Origin: a virus | Taxonomy: Duplodnaviria; Heunggongvirae; Uroviricota; Caudoviricetes | Reading direction: 5' to 3' (one strand) | IMG/VR virus record: IMGVR_UViG_2690316285_000016 | Length of the DNA stretch: 8,002 nt | Shown: positions 1-5,362 of the stretch, piece after piece | How positions within the stretch are numbered: the stretch's first letter is position 1 | Layout: every line of letters starts with the position of its first letter | Position numbers and translations under genes: made by a program | Notes under the pieces: generated by a model | Databases searched by the model: none | Told to the model about the DNA's origin: nothing | Seen by the model: the letters and a program-made list of their open reading frames with translations, nothing else

Positions 1-84
1 GCCAAACTGCGATCGATTCAGATGCCATTTTGCAATCAGCGCCAGAACAGCAGCTGACAGGCCGTATTTGATTTTTGCGCTCAT
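1..84 (-). CDS. Putative phage endolysin, N-terminal 28 codons only (gene continues past left edge of window)
   Basis: Hand translation of minus strand from ATG at 84..82 gives MSAKIKYGLSAAVLALIAKWHLNRSQFG; in-frame TAA at 93..91 fixes the start. The hydrophobic GLSAAVLALIA stretch resembles a signal-anchor of SAR-type endolysins, which pair with S21-type pinholins. Sits directly after holin + DUF1327 as in Qin-type lysis cassettes. No convincing SD; residues after the hydrophobic stretch look atypical from memory. Confidence 0.45.
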   Translation of the reverse strand, partial: MSAKIKYGLSAAVLALIAKWHLNRSQFG

Positions 85-139
85 GGATATTTATCAGGAT
101 GCTACCAATGAAAGATACTGGAAAGCCAACTGCAAAAAG

Positions 140-454
140 CTAACAACCCGTAATCGAGTTATCAGAACTGTTAATTTTTATGGTATACCGCGCCTCTGAA
201 CAGGGGCGCGTTTCTGGCAACAGCTCGTCCCCTTCACATAACCCGGCAGCAACATCCAAGAAGACCTGTCTGATGCTCCTTCTGGCTGCTGCCTCATAAA
301 ACTCCAGCGCGGCACCTTCAACACGGTCCAGCGAGATGTCCAGGTCAAAAATTTCACCGTCAAAGCGTTTTTTGTCCCGTAACGCTAAAGTTACCGTAAC
401 TTTATTCTCAAAATTGCGGATCCCTTTCACAATCAGTTCATAGTTTTGAGTCAT
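140..454 (-). CDS. DUF1327-family small prophage protein (YdfR-like), 104 aa
   Basis: ORF-track protein MTQNYELIVKGIRNFENKVTVTLALRDKKRFDGEIFDLD... matches my recollection of the YdfR/DUF1327 family that sits between holin and lysozyme in E. coli lambdoid prophages. SD GGGGAGAG lies 7 nt upstream of the ATG (454..452) and overlaps the last holin codons; 4-nt gap to holin stop. Confidence 0.6.
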   Translation of the reverse strand: MTQNYELIVKGIRNFENKVTVTLALRDKKRFDGEIFDLDISLDRVEGAALEFYEAAARRSIRQVFLDVAAGLCEGDELLPETRPCSEARYTIKINSSDNSITGC

Positions 455-458
455 TGAA

Positions 459-674
459 TTACTCTCCCCGTGCAGCCTTACGACGGTCCTCTCTGATTTT
501 GAAATACAGGTTAGTCAGATATGTCAGCAGCCCAAACAGCAGACTCCCCAGCACGCCTATTGCCGCCCACTGAGACGGGGAAACCCTGTCCAGCAACTGC
601 AGGAACCAGTAGCCCGTTCCCACCGCTGACGTGGTGTATGACACACCTGTTGTGATTTTTTCCATCTGGTACAT
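459..674 (-). CDS. S: Class II pinholin, phage 21 / 933W S-like, 71 aa from Met at 674 (alternative start Met at 665); dual-start MYQMEK motif
   Basis: Translation [71 protein letters not shown] is a close match to S21-type holins (two TM helices, charged C-terminus). SD GGGAGAcGGGG immediately upstream of ATG 674. The 97-aa ORF-track version (to 752) would have to be translated through the terminator hairpin at 708-740, so the extension is probably not real. Confidence 0.8.
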   Translation of the reverse strand: MYQMEKITTGVSYTTSAVGTGYWFLQLLDRVSPSQWAAIGVLGSLLFGLLTYLTNLYFKIREDRRKAARGE

Positions 675-707
675 ACCCCGTCTCCCGTTATCCGGAAGCT
701 GACAACA

Positions 708-740
708 ATAAAAAAAGCCACCAGTTAAGTACTGATGGCT
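708..740 (-). terminator. Rho-independent terminator on minus strand between nanS-p stop and holin start
   Basis: Minus-strand RNA AGCCAUCAGU-ACUUA-ACUGGUGGCU: 10-bp stem (one G-U pair), 5-nt loop, followed by UUUUUUU (forward A-run 710-716). Paired by hand, not folded computationally. Confidence 0.55.
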
Positions 741-824
741 CTGATAACTCATGCAGGCATCTCAGACGACCCACTGACACTACCGGTGAGTTTAACGATA
801 CCTTCCATTTGGCTGGCTCACTTT

Positions 825-2678
825 TTATGATGATGCCGGTGCATTTATCTCCAGCACCAGACTTTCTATCTCAACGCCATACGCTGCATTTTTGGTAATA
901 TCCGTCAGCGTCAGCGCATTCAGCCCCAGTGTCAGACTGTCTTTTATGACCTGGAATGCCGGGCCAGCCACTCCATTCAGTTTCGGAGTAACCGTGGCAC
1001 TGCCGGCGGTGAACACCAGCTCCAGCGTCAGCCAGTCGTTACTGTAATTCCCGAACTCGCCCAACTTTGTGTTTCCTGCTTTCTTGTGATGCATCAGATT
1101 CAGTTTGCCGTCTGTGGTCTGGGTGAAGAACGACATCAGGAACGGGTTACCAGTCCCGGTCATCGCCACGACGTCAGGTAACGCTACATCGGTATACAGA
1201 TAAATTCCCAGACCGAACTGGTTGTTGGTCAGTGCGCCTGACAGTCGAAACTTACAGCTCAGTCTGCCACCCCGTGTCAGCAGGGAGACTGCGTCATCCA
1301 CCGGGCGCGTCAGGGACCAGGCTTTATTGCTCTGCTTGGTGATCTTAAATACACCATCTGACAACTGAACTCCGCCATTCTTAATGCTCCAGCCCTGCGC
1401 AGCAGCGTCTCCGGCTGTCGGCAACAGGGAGATTGTGCGTATGGATGCATCTTCAGACGGCCCCGATGGCGTGTCGCCGCCGGGCGAGGGTTTGATTTCC
1501 GGTGCCTTACCACTAATGAAGGCTAAGGTGCGACCGGCTACGTTCAGAATAGCAGTTGCCATACGATCGGGAATAATGCCACGACGCGCCCATGAGCTGA
1601 AATGCGTCGGGCGATTTGATGATACCCAGTTTTTGTTCGTTCGGGATGCCGAACCGTAATAACCAGACCCGGCAATATCAGGATCTTCTGACGGGTTGTT
1701 TGTCGGTGTATTAACTCCGCTACCATCGGTCATAAAGGGAACAAAATAAATCTGCTGGGATTCTTTACCTTTATATGCACCATATACCACTTCATATTGC
1801 GTACCGTGTTCTTGTTTCCACGCGTATGTCGTGTCGCCACAAATCCAGGGGACTGATGCCGGACTTCCACCGTGACACTGCGCCGCCAGCCCGGCAAGGT
1901 CAGCACGGAACTGCTGTACCATTGCAAGAAATGCTGCTGGCTGCTGGGCGTAACTGGCATTCGTCATATCGAATTCCCCCTGCATCCAGCATATCGCCAG
2001 CAAAACGTTTTTCGGGTTTTTCTGCAATGCTGCCTTCGTGCGGAAAAGCAGATCCTGATATAACGGCTTACCCACTCCCCAGCGAGCCGAATCCTGACTG
2101 GCCCCCGTGGACTCGCTGAATGTCCCCTCCGTGCCCTGGGTGAATGCCGAACCACCACAACAGCATGGTACCAGCAGGATCCCCGCATTATTAGGGATAT
2201 ACGGAAGCAGTTTTTTGGCAATATGTAAGCCCTGTCCGACACAGCCGTACTGCCCTTTGCTCAGGTCAGCCCGGGGATGGTTAATCGTACTCATATCCTG
2301 AACATCATGCAGACAATGGTCAGCAGGAATGATGTCGTTAAATACGCATACTTCACCACCGGGAGTCACTGTGTTACGACGGGCCAGTTGCTTAATGCGC
2401 GGATGGGGCGCATCGTATGAATCCGGAAGCGGAAGACCTTCACCGTAAGCCATGGCATTGGATTGCCCGGCCAGTACGATGACGTAGTACCACTCCGGCT
2501 CAGTTGCACCACTGACGACCACATCACCTTCTGCTGCAATCGCCTGCATCAGGGTATAAGGGGTTATGGCCACCGGACTACCAAACGGCTGCCAGCCCTC
2601 CTTCAGTTTTTGTGTCAGTCGTTTCGCAAGGTCTGACGGCGATGCCGCCCTGACCACGTCATAGTGTTTAAATGCCAT
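825..2678 (-). CDS. nanS-p: Prophage-encoded sialate (9-O-acetyl-Neu5Ac) O-acetylesterase, NanS-p-like; SGNH/SASA hydrolase core, 617 aa
   Basis: 617-aa ORF with SD GGGAGGA 5 nt before ATG 2678..2676. SGNH block I motif VIVLAGQSNAMAYGE (GQSN encoded at 2468..2457, candidate catalytic Ser73). N-terminus MAFKHYDVVRAASPSDLAKRL... is typical of the DUF1737 N-domain of NanS-p proteins in EHEC prophages. Position between the tRNA/stx slot and the holin matches Stx-phage synteny. Confidence 0.85.
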   Translation of the reverse strand: MAFKHYDVVRAASPSDLAKRLTQKLKEGWQPFGSPVAITPYTLMQAIAAEGDVVVSGATEPEWYYVIVLAGQSNAMAYGEGLPLPDSYDAPHPRIKQLARRNTVTPGGEVCVFNDIIPADHCLHDVQDMSTINHPRADLSKGQYGCVGQGLHIAKKLLPYIPNNAGILLVPCCCGGSAFTQGTEGTFSESTGASQDSARWGVGKPLYQDLLFRTKAALQKNPKNVLLAICWMQGEFDMTNASYAQQPAAFLAMVQQFRADLAGLAAQCHGGSPASVPWICGDTTYAWKQEHGTQYEVVYGAYKGKESQQIYFVPFMTDGSGVNTPTNNPSEDPDIAGSGYYGSASRTNKNWVSSNRPTHFSSWARRGIIPDRMATAILNVAGRTLAFISGKAPEIKPSPGGDTPSGPSEDASIRTISLLPTAGDAAAQGWSIKNGGVQLSDGVFKITKQSNKAWSLTRPVDDAVSLLTRGGRLSCKFRLSGALTNNQFGLGIYLYTDVALPDVVAMTGTGNPFLMSFFTQTTDGKLNLMHHKKAGNTKLGEFGNYSNDWLTLELVFTAGSATVTPKLNGVAGPAFQVIKDSLTLGLNALTLTDITKNAAYGVEIESLVLEINAPASS

Positions 2679-2871
2679 GAATCCTCCCGGCCGGGATAAT
2701 ATTGTGAGTAAAATAAGGAGCGGGCTGAAGTCCGGAAGTTACAGGACAATGGCAGAAGAGAGACGACAGCCCGCAATTCGAAAAAGACCGCGCAGTTGCG
2801 CAGAGTGATTACTATGGGGTATTATTCGCCAGCTGAAATATTACTTCACGTTTTATTGTTTATTCCTTGCC

Positions 2872-2900
2872 GCCCGCGTCTCCCAGCGCGGGCTTTTTTT
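2872..2900 (+). terminator. Plus-strand intrinsic terminator-like hairpin + T7 (duplicate at 4291-4319)
   Basis: GCCCGCG-tctcccag-CGCGGGC perfect 7-bp GC stem followed by TTTTTTT on the plus strand; identical copy in repeat 2. Confidence 0.5.
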
Positions 2901-2906
2901 GCCCAC

Positions 2907-2929
2907 AAGAAAACCCCTCCGGAGAGGGG
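2907..2929 (-). terminator. Minus-strand intrinsic terminator-like hairpin + U-tract (duplicate at 4326-4348)
   Basis: Minus RNA CCCCUC-UCCG-GAGGGG (6-bp GC stem, tetraloop) followed by UUUUCUU; lies 6 nt from the plus-strand terminator, forming a convergent pair. Confidence 0.5.
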
Positions 2930-3177
2930 CTAAAGCCGCGTATCTGTATCATCATGCACATGGTGCCGGGTGCCTCCCGGTGAGTTCAGCCCGGTGCCAC
3001 TAAACCCGCGTCATTCTCGTTTTGATAATCAGAGATTATACCGTCACCAGTCGCCCCTCCGCTCAGGGGGATTCACCATGCGAAATTTTTTTAACAAATG
3101 CCCAGTCTGACAGGCAACTGTCAACTTACTGAATTGTGAGCAACATAGCATTTAACGGGGAACCTGTTTTCTGCAGT

Positions 3178-3204
3178 AAAAAGGCCCACCGGAGCGGATG
3201 GGCC
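3178..3204 (-). terminator. Minus-strand hairpin + U5 (duplicate at 4597-4623)
   Basis: Minus RNA GGCCCA-(10-nt loop)-UGGGCC followed by UUUUUAC; forward A-run 3178-3182. Confidence 0.4.
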
Positions 3205-3395
3205 TGGAAGGATAGCGGTCATGTGATGCCGGTTTCCCGGTAACTCAGCACCGGTATCTGAGTCAACGTTTTCTCTACTGGGTCATTTCCGATACGCCCT
3301 GCCTGCTGACAGGCTTTCATCACATCTGAAAATATAGCACCCTGACTGATACTGTAGTACCTAAGGTTCCAGAAACTGTGATGTATCCGGCACAG

Positions 3396-3416
3396 AAAAG
3401 CCCCTCCGGAGAGGGC
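3396..3416 (-). terminator. Minus-strand hairpin + U4 (duplicate at 4815-4835); diverged homolog of the 2907-2929 element
   Basis: Minus RNA CCCUC-UCCG-GAGGG followed by GCUUUUCUG; weaker (5-bp stem). Confidence 0.35.
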
Positions 3417-3809
3417 TGGAGAGTGGCGCTATGTGCCATTGCATGATGCCGGGTGCCTCCCGGTGAATTCAGTACCAGCACCTGAATCCGCGATTATCCC
3501 ATATACCTACTCGCTGATTGCCCCTCCGCACAGGGGGATTCACCATGCCAGTTTCTTTTAACAAACTCCCCGCAAACCAGACAACAGTCAACCGCCTGAA
3601 TTGTGAAGTATTTAAAAATTTCTCCCGCTAACTGATACCCGGCTAACAGTCTGGCGTTTTCTTTTTCAGCAACGGGAAAGCAACAACCACCACACCCGCC
3701 ACCAGCACACCGTCAGCCAGCACTGACATTATCCGGCTGCTGCAATGCCATTCACAAAAACAGTAAGCAATCACTTTTTACCGTAACAGGTGATAATCCA
3801 GATATGTAT

Positions 3810-4136
3810 CTACCCCAGATGAGTAATCCGAAGTTCATCCATACCACAGGTCCTGGCTATTCTGTTGTACTCCTGAACAAGAGCAAATAATTCTGAATTA
3901 GCAACCATGAACTCATCGCAAACCCTCTGTATAGCATCACTATTCAGAATAATAACGTCTCTTCCCGAAAGACGATCAGGAGTACAGAACAAAACTGTCA
4001 AACGGCTGAAGGCCTTTGCTCGTGCTGCATTGACTATATCAATACGCTGCCTAAGGATGAAACACCCCGACGCCTCATCAATATTCACTCTACCCACACC
4101 ATATGAATGATAAATATTTAATGCTGAAAAAACCAT
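3810..4136 (-). CDS. Hypothetical protein; unrecognised cargo ORF in AT-rich insert (108 aa from first ATG at 4136; ORF-track 117 aa assumes TTG start at 4163)
   Basis: Only ORF over 100 codons in the 2.3 kb between tRNAs and nanS-p, and on the same strand as the late operon. No strong SD before either start; no motif I recognise. Local sequence is AT-rich (hand count 25 G+C in 90 nt over 4141-4230). Could be non-coding or a gene remnant. Confidence 0.35.
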   Translation of the reverse strand: MVFSALNIYHSYGVGRVNIDEASGCFILRQRIDIVNAARAKAFSRLTVLFCTPDRLSGRDVIILNSDAIQRVCDEFMVANSELFALVQEYNRIARTCGMDELRITHLG

Positions 4137-4230
4137 TAGACCGTATAACAAACACTCAATCAATACTTAACAGAACTTTTATTTTTGACAAACATAAAAT
4201 ATTTTCAACAATATCCTGAGCCAGGTATAT

Positions 4231-5036
4231 NTATGGGGTATTATTCGCCAGCTGAAATATTACTTCACGTTTTATTGTTTATTCCTTGCCGCCCGCGTCT
4301 CCCAGCGCGGGCTTTTTTTGCCCACAAGAAAACCCCTCCGGAGAGGGGCTAAAGCCGCGTATCTGTATCATCATGCACATGGTGCCGGGTGCCTCCCGGT
4401 GAGTTCAGCCCGGTGCCACTAAACCCGCGTCATTCTCGTTTTGATAATCAGAGATTATACCGTCACCAGTCGCCCCTCCGCTCAGGGGGATTCACCATGC
4501 GAAATTTTTTTAACAAATGCCCAGTCTGACAGGCAACTGTCAACTTACTGAATTGTGAGCAACATAGCATTTAACGGGGAACCTGTTTTCTGCAGTAAAA
4601 AGGCCCACCGGAGCGGATGGGCCTGGAAGGATAGCGGTCATGTGATGCCGGTTTCCCGGTAACTCAGCACCGGTATCTGAGTCAACGTTTTCTCTACTGG
4701 GTCATTTCCGATACGCCCTGCCTGCTGACAGGCTTTCATCACATCTGAAAATATAGCACCCTGACTGATACTGTAGTACCTAAGGTTCCAGAAACTGTGA
4801 TGTATCCGGCACAGAAAAGCCCCTCCGGAGAGGGCTGGAGAGTGGCGCTATGTGCCATTGCATGATGCCGGGTGCCTCCCGGTGAATTCAGTACCAGCAC
4901 CTGAATCCGCGATTATCCCATATACCTACTCGCTGATTGCCCCTCCGCACAGGGGGATTCACCATGCCAGTTTCTTTTAACAAACTCCCCGCAAAACAGA
5001 CAACTGTCAACCGTCTGAATTGTGAGACATTTAAAA
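4231..5036. repeat. Direct repeat copy 2 (~806 bp), abutting the tRNA-cluster terminator
   Basis: Same comparison as copy 1. Position 4231 is a single ambiguous n exactly at the copy boundary (copy 1 has c at 2812). Confidence 0.85.
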
Positions 5037-5058
5037 AAAAGGCCCGCAAAAGCGAGCC
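5033..5058 (-). terminator. Intrinsic terminator immediately downstream of the tRNA cluster (minus strand)
   Basis: Minus RNA GGCUCGC-UUUU-GCGGGCC (7-bp stem with one G-U) followed by UUUUUUUU (forward A8 at 5033-5040); starts 15 nt after the tRNA-Arg(UCU) 3' end. Confidence 0.5.
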
Positions 5059-5072
5059 AGGGAAAATAAGTG

Positions 5073-5149
5073 TGGCGCGTTGTACTGGATTCGAACCAGT
5101 GACCGATTGCTTAGAAGGCAATTGCTCTGTCCGGCTGAGCTAACAACGC
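5073..5149 (-). tRNA. tRNA-Arg (anticodon UCU), 77 nt with encoded CCA
   Basis: Minus-strand GCGTTGTTAGCTCAGCCGGACAGAGCAATTGCCTTCTAAGCAATCGGTCACTGGTTCGAATCCAGTACAACGCGCCA; cloverleaf built by hand: 7-bp acceptor stem, D stem GCTC/GAGC, anticodon loop CUUCUAA, T loop TTCGAAT. Third tRNA of an ileZ-argN-argO-like trio as found downstream of Q in Stx phages. Confidence 0.85.
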
Positions 5150-5162
5150 ATGATGCAGATAA

Positions 5163-5239
5163 TGGACCGCCATCGGGGACTTGAACCCCGCGCAGCCAGC
5201 TTCGAAGGCTGGCGCTCTTTCCTGATGAGCTAATGGCGG
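5163..5239 (-). tRNA. tRNA-Arg (anticodon UCG), 77 nt with encoded CCA
   Basis: Minus-strand CCGCCATTAGCTCATCAGGAAAGAGCGCCAGCCTTCGAAGCTGGCTGCGCGGGGTTCAAGTCCCCGATGGCGGTCCA; acceptor CCGCCAT/ATGGCGG, anticodon stem CCAGC/GCTGG with loop CUUCGAA, T stem CGGGG/CCCCG with TTCAAGT loop. Starts with C1-G72, which is unusual but pairs correctly. Confidence 0.8.
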
Positions 5240-5246
5240 TATGTGA

Positions 5247-5322
5247 TGGTGGCCCTTGCTGGATTTGAACCAGCGACCTGGCGATTATGAGTCGCTCGCT
5301 CTCACCACTGAGCTAAAGGGCC
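5247..5322 (-). tRNA. tRNA with CAU anticodon, most similar to tRNA-Ile2 (lysidine, ileX/ileZ-like); tRNA-Met cannot be excluded; 76 nt
   Basis: Minus-strand GGCCCTTTAGCTCAGTGGTGAGAGCGAGCGACTCATAATCGCCAGGTCGCTGGTTCAAATCCAGCAAGGGCCACCA; closely resembles E. coli ileX as I recall it; canonical cloverleaf with T loop TTCAAAT. Confidence 0.85.
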
Positions 5323-5362
5323 GGGAGCCGCATAATAACGACGCGTAATTAATTCTTCAATA

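Larger units (their letters stand above)
2812..3617. repeat. Direct repeat copy 1 (~806 bp); identical by eye to copy 2 over 2812-3576, diverged over the last ~40 bp
   Basis: Line-by-line comparison with 4231-5036 (offset 1419): no mismatches seen from 2812 to 3576; first mismatch at 3577 (c vs a at 4996), then several more up to ~3617 where similarity ends. Contains no ORF of 60 aa or more. Confidence 0.85.

Noticed and set aside
178-363. 61-aa minus-strand ORF
   Set aside because: Nested in an alternative frame within the DUF1327 gene.
1310-2301. Eight ORF-track ORFs of 60-114 aa on both strands (1310-1513, 1384-1659, 1544-1726, 1730-1960, 1775-2119, 1872-2063, 1964-2242, 2107-2301)
   Set aside because: All lie inside the 617-aa nanS-p-like gene in other frames or antisense; no independent start signals, and the host gene has a clear family identity.
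2686-2695. Perfect 10-bp palindrome CCCGGCCGGG overlapping the nanS-p Shine-Dalgarno
   Set aside because: Too short to form a stable RNA hairpin with a loop; could be a protein-binding dyad but there is no supporting context.
2750-2931. Short plus-strand ORFs (19 and 39 codons) upstream of nanS-p
   Set aside because: No SD at proper spacing, and the longer one reads through a terminator hairpin.
2950-3070. tRNA-like appearance of the module segment ending ...agggggattcacca
   Set aside because: Tried to build a cloverleaf by hand: no T-loop TTC consensus and no acceptor-stem complementarity.
3130-3150. lac-operator-like half site gaattgtgagc (also 3594-3604 and copy-2 equivalents)
   Set aside because: Only a half-site match with no dyad partner; most likely coincidental, though it is part of the conserved module.
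3907-4110. 67-aa plus-strand ORF in the AT-rich insert
   Set aside because: Shorter than and overlapping the minus-strand ORF, no RBS, opposite to the operon direction; kept only as a caveat on the cargo ORF.
2812-5036. Possibility that the repeats are a CRISPR array or an IS element
   Set aside because: Repeat unit is ~0.8 kb with a single 0.6 kb intervening segment (CRISPR repeats are 20-50 bp with many spacers); no terminal inverted repeats or transposase ORF seen.
2679-5072. Search for stxA/stxB or remnants in the slot
   Set aside because: No translated frame resembles the Shiga toxin A or B subunit sequence as I recall them; toxin genes appear to be absent rather than degraded.
4888-5143. 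ORFs 4888-5121 (-) and 4937-5143 (+)
   Set aside because: They run across the repeat tail, the terminator and tRNA-Arg(UCU); tRNA structure explains the sequence better than coding.
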